Sequence record: DRR723986_6309
DNA: 37,288 bases
Strand: one strand, 5' to 3'
The position numbers were made by a program, and so were the translations under genes. The notes under the pieces are model-generated. The model made no database searches, was not told the DNA's origin, and saw only the letters and a program-made list of their open reading frames with translations. Below, in pieces: positions 10,909 through 19,900 of this stretch (positions within the stretch are counted from its first letter, which is position 1; each line of letters begins with the position of its first letter).

Positions 10909-11411
10909 GCCGTTGCCCTTTTCACCGCATCTGCCAGCTTTGTGGCCGATGCCCCCTGATACGCATGGCAAATCGCCACCGCCAGCGCATCGGCGGCATC
11001 GGCACCGTTGATCTGCGCCCCCGGCAGCTGCATGCGCACCATATGCTCGATCTGCCCTTTTTGCGCATGGCCCACGCCAACCACGGTTTTTTTCACCGCG
11101 TTTGGGGCATATTCGCCCACCGGAATGCCAAATTTCGCCGGCACCAGCAGCGCGATTGCGCGCGCTTGGCCCAGTTTCAGCGTTCCGGCGCCATCTTTGT
11201 TGACAAATGTATGCTCTACCGCGGCGGTGTTGGGCTGATAATGGTCAACAACCTCGCCCAATTGCTGATAAAGCGACAGCAAGCGCAGCGCCAGATCGCT
11301 ACCGACCGAATGCAAAATGCCATTGGCAACATGGCTCAGGCGATTCCCTTGCACATCTATCACCCCCCAACCAAGGTTGCGTAGGCCTGGATCCAGCCCC
11401 AAAACCCGCAT
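10905..11411 (-). CDS. ruvC: Crossover junction endodeoxyribonuclease RuvC
   Basis: [32 protein letters not shown]. Confidence 0.97.
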   Translation of the reverse strand: MRVLGLDPGLRNLGWGVIDVQGNRLSHVANGILHSVGSDLALRLLSLYQQLGEVVDHYQPNTAAVEHTFVNKDGAGTLKLGQARAIALLVPAKFGIPVGEYAPNAVKKTVVGVGHAQKGQIEHMVRMQLPGAQINGADAADALAVAICHAYQGASATKLADAVKRATA

Positions 11412-11448
11412 CACCGCCCCCGAACATTGTTGCTTTAAAGACGCACTA

Positions 11449-11463
11449 GCACGAAACGCGAAC
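11449..11463 (-). promoter_or_regulatory. Putative alphaproteobacterial LexA (SOS) box in the ruvC promoter
   Basis: Minus strand GTTC-gcgtttc-GTGC, one mismatch from GTTC-N7-GTTC, lying between a TTGGCG -35-like and TAGTGC -10-like hexamer. Confidence 0.55.
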
Positions 11464-11617
11464 AAACGCCAAGCTGAAACCAACATGGCGGTGGCGGGCT
11501 TTTTTGCTGCATGGCAGCATTTTCCTGCCAGAATTCGCCGTGAAACCGCGCAAAAGCGACATATGTGCACCCGGCTGATACCCCTTTGTTTATTGGCCAT
11601 ATCGCCAAATGCGACCT

Positions 11618-11632
11618 ATGCACACAAAGCAT
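11618..11632 (+). promoter_or_regulatory. Putative LysR-type binding site upstream of the DUF1127 gene
   Basis: ATGC-acacaaa-GCAT dyad (T-N11-A), upstream of a TTGCGC-N17-TAGATG promoter-like sequence at 11656-11684. Confidence 0.45.
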
Positions 11633-11740
11633 GCCGCACATGCAAAAAATGGAACTTGCGCAAAGATGCACCCGGCCTTAGATGCGCCGCACACCGAGTG
11701 GTTCACAACCCGCCTAGAATTTCATCGCAAGGACCAGAGC

Positions 11741-11932
11741 ATGGCTATTTTTGAAACAACCCGCACCCAAACCGCCCCCGTTGGCGGCTTCTTTTCGGCG
11801 CTTATTGCCGCCGTGATCAGCTGGAACGATGCGCGCGTCACCCGCACTGCGCTGTCACGGCTGAGCGACCGCGAGCTGGAAGACATCGGTCTTTGCCGCG
11901 GCGATATCGACTACGTGTCGCGCCAGTCCTGA
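11741..11932 (+). CDS. Small DUF1127 (YjiS-like) protein, 63 aa
   Basis: MAIFETTR...WNDARVTRTALSRLSDRELEDIGLCRGDI matches the DUF1127 pattern L-x-D-x-x-L-x-D-I-G-L-x-R; AAGGA SD upstream. Confidence 0.92.
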   Translation: MAIFETTRTQTAPVGGFFSALIAAVISWNDARVTRTALSRLSDRELEDIGLCRGDIDYVSRQS

Positions 11933-11965
11933 CCCCCTCGTTCAGGCGGGTTACCGGCACGAAAG

Positions 11966-11996
11966 AAGGGCCGCGCAGCGATGCGCGGCCTTTTTT
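11966..11996. terminator. Intrinsic terminator, probably bidirectional, between DUF1127 and prmA
   Basis: Stem GGCCGCGCA/TGCGCGGCC with GCGA tetraloop, followed by T6 on plus and preceded by a purine/A-rich run. Confidence 0.88.
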
Positions 11997-12022
11997 GCGT
12001 TTCAAATGAGGCTGTTACACGC

Positions 12023-12892
12023 CTATTGGCGCTGCAGCGTCAGGGTTGTCCATTCGCCAATTTCTTCGCGGTGTTCCAGCGCCATGCCATTATCGGCATA
12101 CACTTGCACCACTTCATCGGCCTGTTCGTTCAAGATGCCCGATAGAATGATCTTGCCCTGGGGCTGGGTATAGTGCGCCATATCCGGGGCCAGGGCGATC
12201 AGCGGGCCTTTGAGAATATTGGCAAAAACCAGGTCAAAGGGCGCGGCGGCTTTCAATGTGTCATGCTCGAAACCCACCGCCTCGAGGCAGCGCACGCGGC
12301 CTTGCAGCCCGTTGGCCGCCACATTGGCCTGGGCCACCTCGACGGCGACGGCATCGATATCGCTGGCCAGCACTTCGCCCGGCCACATGCAGGCGGCGGC
12401 CATGGCCAAAACCGCTGTGCCGCACCCAATATCCACCACGCTCTGGCCCCGAAAACCGGCCGTATCCAGCCGATCAACCGCGCGCAAGCAGCCCAGCGTG
12501 GTGCCATGATGGCCGGTGCCAAAGGCCATCGCCGCCTCGATCAGCAGGGGCTGGCAATCGGCGGGCACTTTATCGGCATCGTGGCTGCCATAGACAAAAA
12601 AGCGCCCCGCAACCACGGGCGTTAATTCGCGGCGCACCTTGGCCACCCAATCGGTTTCGGGCAGTTCTGACACGACAAAGGGCTTGGCCCCATGCGCCTT
12701 GGCCAACAGCGCCAGGCCCAGATCATCGGGCGGCTCGACGAAATAGCACGCCACTTCGCGCAGGCCCGAGCCATCTTCGATCTCGTAGACCCCAACACCG
12801 ATGGGTTCGGGCACCAGGTTTTCCAGCGCGGCGCCCAGCGCCTCGGCCTGGTCTTGCCCGGCTAGGGTGGTGATGGCGGTGAACGTGGGCAT
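12023..12892 (-). CDS. prmA: Ribosomal protein L11 methyltransferase
   Basis: MAFGTGHHGTT, DIGCGTAVLA (SAM motif), ANIL, ILSGIL. Confidence 0.95.
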   Translation of the reverse strand: MPTFTAITTLAGQDQAEALGAALENLVPEPIGVGVYEIEDGSGLREVACYFVEPPDDLGLALLAKAHGAKPFVVSELPETDWVAKVRRELTPVVAGRFFVYGSHDADKVPADCQPLLIEAAMAFGTGHHGTTLGCLRAVDRLDTAGFRGQSVVDIGCGTAVLAMAAACMWPGEVLASDIDAVAVEVAQANVAANGLQGRVRCLEAVGFEHDTLKAAAPFDLVFANILKGPLIALAPDMAHYTQPQGKIILSGILNEQADEVVQVYADNGMALEHREEIGEWTTLTLQRQ

Positions 12893-12922
12893 GGTATGCT
12901 CCTTAATGGCTGCGCCTTGGCG

Positions 12923-14275
12923 TTAGGCCCGATGCACCGCAGGGTCAAGCCCGGCGCGCGCGCCCCGCACAACAAAGCGCCAGCCCGCCCAGGCCACCAA
13001 TACCCCCACCACCACATTGGCCAGCGCCTGCGCCACGATCACGCCAAACCCCGCCCATACCGCCCCCAGGCCAAAGGCCAAAGGCGCCATCAGCAGGCCA
13101 TCGCGCGTCCAATTGGCCGCTGTTGCCCAAACCGGGCGGCCCAAATTGTTAAAGGCGGCATTGGCCACAAACAGCGCGCCGGTGAACACGAAACTGCCCG
13201 CACCGATCCAGGCAAACCAATGCACTACTTGCGCGCCATCGGCCCCAAGCCCAAAAGCGCGGGCCAGATAATCGGCAAATATCACCATCAAAGCCCAGAC
13301 AACCGCGGTGTAAATCGCGCAGAATTTCAAAGCATCCACATAGGCCTGGCGCACGCGGTCATGCAGGCCCGCGCCATAGTTTTGGCCGATGATGCCCCCA
13401 ATGGCGCCCGATAGGGCAAAGATGCCGCCAAAGCCCAAGATCTGCAGGCGTGCCACCACACCCAAACCCGCCACCGCGCTTTCGCCATGGGCCGCCATGG
13501 CCTTGATCAACACCCAATTGCCAAAGGGGGTGGAAACCTGGGTGGCAACGGCAGGCACGGCAATGGCAAAAAACGGGCGCCAGATTTGCGCCAGATCGGC
13601 CCGGCTGGGCCGGCCCATCAGGCCTTGGCGCGTGACCCAATAGAGGCCAAACCCCGCCATAACCCCGCGTGAGATCACAATGGCCAGCCCCGCCCCGGGC
13701 ACGCCCCAGCCCAAAACCACAATCAATATCGGGTCAATCACCAGCGCCACCAGCCCGCCGACTGATGTTACCATCATCGAGCGCCACGCCTCGCCCGCGG
13801 CGCGCAGCACTGCGCTGGATGTCATCGCCATGGCAATCAGCGGCAGCGAGGGCAGCGAGATTTGCAAAAACTGCGCGCCCACCTGCAGCACCTCGCCCTC
13901 GGCGCCGGACCAGGCCAAAATTTCAAAGCGCCAGACATATACCGCAACCGCAATCGCGCTTTGCAGCGTGGTGACATATATCAACGCCGACACCGCCACG
14001 CTGCGGGCACGGTCGGGGTTGCCCTGCCCCAAGGCCCGCGCCACCAGCGCCACCGCCGCGATCATCATGCCGATGGCCACCGATACCACGAAAAACTGTA
14101 TGGTGCCGGCAATGCCAACGGCGCTGATCAGATGCTCGTCTTGCAGGCGGCTGATCCAGTAGAGCGCCAGGAAATCGACCAAAAACATAAAGCTTAAGCC
14201 AAGCGAGCCGGTCAGCGTCATGACCACGACATGACGCATCGTGGACCCGGTCAAGAATTTTGCCGACTTATCCAT
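12923..14275 (-). CDS. MATE family efflux transporter
   Basis: About 12 hydrophobic segments, FLTGSTMRHV N-terminus, IDPILI, IGQNYGAG motifs. An alternative TTG start exists at 14287. Confidence 0.9.
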   Translation of the reverse strand: MDKSAKFLTGSTMRHVVVMTLTGSLGLSFMFLVDFLALYWISRLQDEHLISAVGIAGTIQFFVVSVAIGMMIAAVALVARALGQGNPDRARSVAVSALIYVTTLQSAIAVAVYVWRFEILAWSGAEGEVLQVGAQFLQISLPSLPLIAMAMTSSAVLRAAGEAWRSMMVTSVGGLVALVIDPILIVVLGWGVPGAGLAIVISRGVMAGFGLYWVTRQGLMGRPSRADLAQIWRPFFAIAVPAVATQVSTPFGNWVLIKAMAAHGESAVAGLGVVARLQILGFGGIFALSGAIGGIIGQNYGAGLHDRVRQAYVDALKFCAIYTAVVWALMVIFADYLARAFGLGADGAQVVHWFAWIGAGSFVFTGALFVANAAFNNLGRPVWATAANWTRDGLLMAPLAFGLGAVWAGFGVIVAQALANVVVGVLVAWAGWRFVVRGARAGLDPAVHRA

Positions 14276-14293
14276 TTTCAGATCCAATCTGGT

Positions 14294-15526
14294 TTATTGG
14301 GCCGGGCGGGCCAGCACGGTGCGGGTGAAAATGGTTTCCCGCCCCGGTTCGGGGTGGCGCGGAATGCACAGCGCCAAGCCCAGCGAGGTGGTGGCCATAG
14401 CCGCCGCCAGCACAAACACCGCGGTGGGCGAGACCAGCCACATCAGCCCCAAGGCCCAAGGCAGGCCCACCGCCGCGATGTGATTGATGGTAAAGGCCAC
14501 AGCCGCTGTGGGCGCAATATCGGCCGGATCGGCGATTTTTTGGAAATAGGTTTTCAGCGCCAAAGCCAGCGCAAACAGCATGTGATCGACCACATACAAA
14601 ACCGAGGCCAGCACCACGCCCCAGCCAAACCAGTAAAGCCCGCCATAGGCCAGAAACACAATCGCCAGCCCGCTATATTCAAACACCAGCGTATTACGCT
14701 CGCCAAACCGGGCCACCGCCCGCCCAAAAACCGGGGCAAGCCCCATATTGATCACCAGGTTGATCATGAACAGCGCTGTCACCTCGTGCACGTCAAAGCC
14801 AAATTTCTCGACCATCATGAAGCCGGCAAAGACGATAAAGATCTGTCGCCGGGCGCCTGCCATGAATTGCAAGGCGTAATACAGCCAATAGCGGCGGCGC
14901 AGGATCAGGCGCTTTTTCTGCGGGTTTGGCGCCTCGAATTGCGGGTAGAGCAGATAACAGATCACCGCGATCACCGCGGTGATACCGCCAGACACCAGAT
15001 AGACCAGATCGTAAGACAGATCAAAGGCGCGCCATGTCATCACGATCAGCCCATAGGCCACCAGCGTCGCCGCCGAACCCGCCGCCAGCAGCCAGCCCAG
15101 AATTTGCGGCGCACGGTCTTTGGGCAGCCATTGCAACTGCAGCGATTGGTTGACGGTTTCGTAATAGTGAAACCCGATCGAGCTGAGCATCGTGATGGTC
15201 AGGATGCCGCCCATCGTGGGGAACCAGGCCGTTACCATCGTGGCCACACCCAGCATAAACAACGAAACCAGCCCCAAGACCTGCTCGCGCATCAGCAGCA
15301 GCACCGCGATCACGCCCACCGCCAAAAAGCCCGGTATCTCGCGCACAGTATGCAACAGGCCAATATCGGCGCCATCAAACCCTGCCACCTCGATCACAAA
15401 GTTATTCAGCAGCGCCGACCATGTGTTAAAGGCAATCGGCATCCCCAACGCCATGCAAAACAGCAACGCGATAGGACGGCGCCAAAACGGCAGGCCCTGG
15501 GCCTGAGCAAGGGTGATGGTTTTCAT
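14294..15526 (-). CDS. MFS transporter
   Basis: About 12 TM segments, REIPGFL, VARFGER loop motif. Confidence 0.85.
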   Translation of the reverse strand: MKTITLAQAQGLPFWRRPIALLFCMALGMPIAFNTWSALLNNFVIEVAGFDGADIGLLHTVREIPGFLAVGVIAVLLLMREQVLGLVSLFMLGVATMVTAWFPTMGGILTITMLSSIGFHYYETVNQSLQLQWLPKDRAPQILGWLLAAGSAATLVAYGLIVMTWRAFDLSYDLVYLVSGGITAVIAVICYLLYPQFEAPNPQKKRLILRRRYWLYYALQFMAGARRQIFIVFAGFMMVEKFGFDVHEVTALFMINLVINMGLAPVFGRAVARFGERNTLVFEYSGLAIVFLAYGGLYWFGWGVVLASVLYVVDHMLFALALALKTYFQKIADPADIAPTAAVAFTINHIAAVGLPWALGLMWLVSPTAVFVLAAAMATTSLGLALCIPRHPEPGRETIFTRTVLARPAQ

Positions 15527-15608
15527 GCTTTGCCCATACGCCTTTTCCCCGCCTTTGATAAGGGCGCAACACTACGGTAGGCGGGCAGTAGCGGGGTGAT
15601 CGGCCAAT

Positions 15609-15622
15609 ATGATCTGAATCAA
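15609..15622 (+). promoter_or_regulatory. Putative FNR/CRP-family (FnrL/Dnr) box upstream of the YeeE/YedE gene
   Basis: ATGAT-ctga-ATCAA, one mismatch to TTGAT-N4-ATCAA, spaced like a class II site relative to CATATA at 15646-15651. Confidence 0.5.
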
Positions 15623-15676
15623 GGCAGGCCCGGGGCGGATCACGGCATATACCGCCAAAACACAAAGGAGCCACAG

Positions 15677-16744
15677 ATGGATTTGCTGTCGCTTGTCGAA
15701 ACCCTGGGCGAGCTGGAAACCGCAGCGCTATTGGGCCTGGCCACCGGCGTTATTTTCGGCGTGTCGGCGCAGCGCTCGCGGTTTTGCCTGCGCGCGGCCA
15801 CGGTGGAATTTGCCCGCCGCCAGATGGGCGATAAGGTGGCGGTGTGGTTTTTAACCTTTTCCACAGCGGTGGTTTGGGTGCAGGCCGCGCAGTTGCTGGG
15901 GCTTTTTGATGCCGCAAACGCCCGTCAAATGGCCATTCCCGGCAGCTGGTCTGGGGCCATTATCGGCGGGTTGATTTTTGGCGTGGGCATGGTGCTGGCA
16001 CGCGGCTGTTCGGGGCGTTTGCTGGTGCTGGCGGCCACGGGCAACCTGCGATCGGTGGTGGCGGGGCTGGTGTTTGCGGTGGTGGCACAGATGAGCCTGG
16101 CCGGCATTTTGGCAGACAGCCGCAACACGCTGGCCGCGCTTTGGGTCACGCAAGGGGGGCGCAATGTAGATCTGCTGGGCGCCTTTGGCCTGCCCGATTG
16201 GGGCGGGCTGGCCATTGGGGTGGTGTTTGCGGTGCTGGCCCTTGTTTTGTCATGGCGCAATCAAATCCCGGTGATGCGAATCGTTTTTGGCGCGGGCGTG
16301 GGCTTTGCCGTGGCGGTGGGCTGGGTGAGCACCCATGCCTTGTCGCAGCTGGCCTTTGACCCGGTGACAGTGGAAAGCGTCACATTTTCAGGCCCATCGG
16401 CCCATACGCTGATGTTTTTTCTGGATCGCAACGAGGGGGTGCAATTCTCGGTGGGGCTGGTGCCCGGGGTTGTGCTGGGCTCGTTCAGCAGCGCGGTGGT
16501 GATGGGCGAGTTTAAATTCGAAGGCTTCAGCGATGCCGCAACCATGCGCCGGTCGATGTTTGGGGCGGTGCTGATGGGCTTTGGCGCCATGTTGGCAGGG
16601 GGCTGCGCCATCGGTGCGGGCGTCACTGGCGGATCGGTTTTTGCGGGCACGGCCTGGCTGGCGCTATTTTGCATGTGGCTGGGCGCCATGGCCACGGATT
16701 TCGTTCTAGATCAACGCGGCCAGCGCGCAGGCCTGCTGGCATAA
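15677..16744 (+). CDS. YeeE/YedE family (thiosulfate/sulfur-compound transport) membrane protein
   Basis: SD AAGGAG then MDLL; conserved Cys motifs SRFC, LARGC, LAGGCAIG; multiple TM segments. Confidence 0.9.
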   Translation: MDLLSLVETLGELETAALLGLATGVIFGVSAQRSRFCLRAATVEFARRQMGDKVAVWFLTFSTAVVWVQAAQLLGLFDAANARQMAIPGSWSGAIIGGLIFGVGMVLARGCSGRLLVLAATGNLRSVVAGLVFAVVAQMSLAGILADSRNTLAALWVTQGGRNVDLLGAFGLPDWGGLAIGVVFAVLALVLSWRNQIPVMRIVFGAGVGFAVAVGWVSTHALSQLAFDPVTVESVTFSGPSAHTLMFFLDRNEGVQFSVGLVPGVVLGSFSSAVVMGEFKFEGFSDAATMRRSMFGAVLMGFGAMLAGGCAIGAGVTGGSVFAGTAWLALFCMWLGAMATDFVLDQRGQRAGLLA

Positions 16745-16764
16745 TGGCATAATGGCATAATGGC
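16737..16764. repeat. 8-bp tandem repeat TGGCATAA, 3.5 copies
   Basis: TGGCATAA-TGGCATAA-TGGCATAA-TGGC; the first unit contains the YeeE stop codon. Confidence 0.9.
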
Positions 16765-16780
16765 CAGATGGGCGGGCTGG

Positions 16781-18970
16781 CTAGAAAAAGCTTTGCGGAT
16801 CAATGTCGATGGCCAGCCGCACTTGCGCAGGCAGGCGCAGCTGCCCCACCCACGCCGCCAGCGCCGGTTGCAGCGCCACGCCGCGATCGGCCTTGACCAA
16901 TAGCCGCACGCGGTGGCGCCCCCGAATGCGCGCAATGGGGGCGGGCGCAGGCCCGAAAACCTGCGCGCCCACGCGCAGCAAGGGGCCCGTGCGCCGGGCC
17001 AGTTCCTGGCCCAGATCAAAGGCCGCTTGCGGGTTTGGGGCAGAGATGATGATACCGGCCATGCGCCCATAGGGCGGCACACCGGCCTGCTGGCGCAGCG
17101 CGGCCTCGGCCTGCCAAAACCCCTGCTCGTCACCGCCCAAAATGGCGCGGATCACCGGGTGCTCGGGCTGGTAGGTTTGCAGCATGGCCACGCCTGCGCG
17201 TTCGGCCCGGCCTGCGCGGCCCGCCACCTGGCGCATCAGCTGAAAGGTGCGTTCGGCGGCGCGCAAATCTGATCCTTGCAGGCCCAGATCGGCATCGATC
17301 ACCCCCACCAGCGTAAGGCGGGGGAAATTATGCCCCTTGGCCACCAGCTGGGTGCCGATGATGATATCGGCCTCGCCCGCGGCGATGGCGGCAATCTGCG
17401 CCTTGAGCGCGCGCGCACTGCCAAACATATCCGAGCTGAGCGTGGCAATACGCGCATGCGGGAAAAGTGCTGCCGCCTCTTCGCCCAGCCGCTCGACCCC
17501 GGGGCCAACAGCGGCCAATCGCCCCTCGACATGGCAGGCGGGGCAGGCATCGGGCATGGGTTTGGTTTCGCCGCATTGGTGGCACACGAGGCGTTTCAAA
17601 AACCGGTGCTCGACCATCCGCGCATCGCAGTGATCGCAGCCAATCTGGTGGCCACAGGCCCGGCACAGCGTGACCGGCGCATAGCCACGGCGATTGATGA
17701 ACAAAAGCGCCTGTTCGCCCGCCGCAATACGCGCGTTTACCGCCGCCTGCAGCGGCGCCGAAATCCAGCGCTGCGCCGGCAAGGTTTCGGCGCGCATATC
17801 GATGGCTTGCATCTGGGGCAGCACACTGGCGCCAAAGCGGTTGGCCAAAACCAGCTTTTGGTATTTGCCCGCCTCGGCATTGGCCCAAGTTTCCAAACTG
17901 GGCGTGGCCGAGGCCAGCACCACCCGCGCGCCGCAAATACTGGCGCGCAGCACGGCCATATCGCGGGCGTTATAAATCACGCCCTCCTCTTGCTTGTACG
18001 AGGTGTCGTGTTCTTCATCCACCACAACCAGCCCAAGGTTTTGATAGGGTAAAAACAGCGCTGATCGGGCGCCCACCACCAGCCCCACGCCGCCCTCGGC
18101 GGCCATGCGCCACACCCGGCGCCGTTCGGTCAGGGTAACGCCCGAATGCCATTCGGCGGGGCGCGCGCCAAAGCGTGCCTCGACCCGGGTTAAAAACTCT
18201 TGTGTCAGGGCGATTTCGGGCAGCAAAACCAGCGCCTGGCGCCCCATCCGCAGGCATTCGGCCACCGCCTCGAGATAGACCTCGGTTTTGCCCGAGCCGG
18301 TGACACCATGCAAAAGCGTGGTGCCATAGCCCCCCCCGCGCAGCCCCGCCACCAGCAGCTGGGCAGCCTCGTCTTGTGCCGCGGTCAGGGCGCGGGCGCC
18401 ATGGCCCGGATCGAGCCGCTGAAAGGGCAGATCGCGTGGGCTGTCCTCTTCGCGCAGCGCACCTTGGGCCACAAGCCCCTTGATCACGCTGCTGGTCACG
18501 CCCGCGCTGGCCGAAAGCTCGCCCATGGTAAAGGCCAAGCCGCCATAGTCTTGCAGCACTTGCAAAACGCGGGCGCGCGCATCGGTCAGGCGGGCGGGGG
18601 GCTGGGCGCCCAAACGATAGATCTTGCGCATCGAGGGCGGATCACCCAAGCCCGGCGCGCGCGTGGCAAGCCGCAGCATTTGCGACAGCGGGGTTAGCGT
18701 ATAATCACCTGCCCGCGTCAGAAATTCTTGCAACTCTTCGCGCATCGGTGGCACATCAAGCAGTTTTTGCACCGCGCGTATCTTGGCCGGGTCAAACCGC
18801 CCCTCGCCCGGGCCCCACACCACACCCAAAACCCGGCGTGGCCCCAGCGGCACCTGCACAAAGGCCCCCAGCATGCAGCCCCCCTCGGGCGCGCGGTAAT
18901 CAAGCAGGCGGTCCAGCGGCTCGGCTGTCAGCACCGCCACCAATGCCCCTGGTTCAAAGAATGCGCTCAC
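16781..18970 (-). CDS. priA: Primosomal protein N' (replication restart helicase)
   Basis: GVTGSGKTEVY, DEEHD, SATPS, Cys-rich CxxC cluster, GTQLVAKG, QVAGRAGR. Confidence 0.98.
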   Translation of the reverse strand: MSAFFEPGALVAVLTAEPLDRLLDYRAPEGGCMLGAFVQVPLGPRRVLGVVWGPGEGRFDPAKIRAVQKLLDVPPMREELQEFLTRAGDYTLTPLSQMLRLATRAPGLGDPPSMRKIYRLGAQPPARLTDARARVLQVLQDYGGLAFTMGELSASAGVTSSVIKGLVAQGALREEDSPRDLPFQRLDPGHGARALTAAQDEAAQLLVAGLRGGGYGTTLLHGVTGSGKTEVYLEAVAECLRMGRQALVLLPEIALTQEFLTRVEARFGARPAEWHSGVTLTERRRVWRMAAEGGVGLVVGARSALFLPYQNLGLVVVDEEHDTSYKQEEGVIYNARDMAVLRASICGARVVLASATPSLETWANAEAGKYQKLVLANRFGASVLPQMQAIDMRAETLPAQRWISAPLQAAVNARIAAGEQALLFINRRGYAPVTLCRACGHQIGCDHCDARMVEHRFLKRLVCHQCGETKPMPDACPACHVEGRLAAVGPGVERLGEEAAALFPHARIATLSSDMFGSARALKAQIAAIAAGEADIIIGTQLVAKGHNFPRLTLVGVIDADLGLQGSDLRAAERTFQLMRQVAGRAGRAERAGVAMLQTYQPEHPVIRAILGGDEQGFWQAEAALRQQAGVPPYGRMAGIIISAPNPQAAFDLGQELARRTGPLLRVGAQVFGPAPAPIARIRGRHRVRLLVKADRGVALQPALAAWVGQLRLPAQVRLAIDIDPQSFF

Positions 18971-19059
18971 GCCGACATGCCCCGCAGTTTTCGGTTTCGA
19001 CTTCCAGTCCTATGGGGTAAAGGCGGGGCGGAGCAAGCCCACTGCCATAGGAGCCAGCC

Positions 19060-19713
19060 ATGAAATTCTTCGTGGACACCGCCGACATCGCCGCCATTTC
19101 CGAACTGAACGATCTTGGAATCGTCGATGGCGTTACCACAAACCCCTCGCTGATCAAGAAATCAGGCCGCGATATTTTGGAAGTCACCAAAGAAATCGCC
19201 GCTCTGGTCGATGGCCCGGTCAGCGCCGAAGTTGTCGCCACCGACGCCAGCGCCATGATCGCCGAAGGGCGCAAGCTGGCCGCGATTGCCGACAATATCG
19301 CCATCAAACTGCCGCTGACATGGGACGGGCTGAAAGCCTGCAAAACCCTGTCATCCGAGGGGCATATGATCAATGTCACCTTGTGTTTCTCGGCCAATCA
19401 GGCCCTGTTGGCCGCCAAAGCGGGCGCCACGTTCATCAGCCCGTTCATCGGGCGCTTGGATGACATCAACCTTGATGGCATGGAACTGATCGCCGATATC
19501 CGCGAGATTTACGACAATTACGGCTTTGAAACCCAAATTTTGGCCGCCTCGATCCGCACGGTTAATCACGTGTCGGATGCCGCAAAAATTGGGGCCGATG
19601 TCATGACCGCACCGCCCGAAGTGATCAAGAAACTGGCACAGCACCCGCTGACCGATGCGGGGCTTGCGCAGTTTTTGAAAGACGCGGAAAGCGCGGGCAT
19701 TAAAATCGTCTAA
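19060..19713 (+). CDS. fsa: Transaldolase / fructose-6-phosphate aldolase family (short type)
   Basis: [50 protein letters not shown]. Confidence 0.94.
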   Translation: MKFFVDTADIAAISELNDLGIVDGVTTNPSLIKKSGRDILEVTKEIAALVDGPVSAEVVATDASAMIAEGRKLAAIADNIAIKLPLTWDGLKACKTLSSEGHMINVTLCFSANQALLAAKAGATFISPFIGRLDDINLDGMELIADIREIYDNYGFETQILAASIRTVNHVSDAAKIGADVMTAPPEVIKKLAQHPLTDAGLAQFLKDAESAGIKIV

Positions 19714-19763
19714 ACCGGCGCAAACCGCCCGCTTGCACAACCCACACGCCTTTGGGCGCGCAG

Positions 19764-19790
19764 GGCCTGCCCTAGGGGGCGGGCCTTCTT
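19764..19790 (+). terminator. Probable intrinsic terminator after fsa
   Basis: GGCCTGCCC-TAGG-GGGCGGGCC followed by TTCTT; a TTGACA hexamer follows at 19793-19798. Confidence 0.6.
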
Positions 19791-19900
19791 CATTGACAAA
19801 ACCCCGCCTGATCCCGCAGAAACCGGAAAAAAAGGCAGAAAACCACGGAAAGCTTTGCTAAGCTTCCCAGCAAAGGCATAAGGCGAGGCACGAGGCGAGC

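Noticed and set aside
11933-11965. Cuckoo/CcsR sRNAs downstream of the DUF1127 gene
   Set aside because: No CCTCCTCCC loops; only about 35 nt before the terminator.
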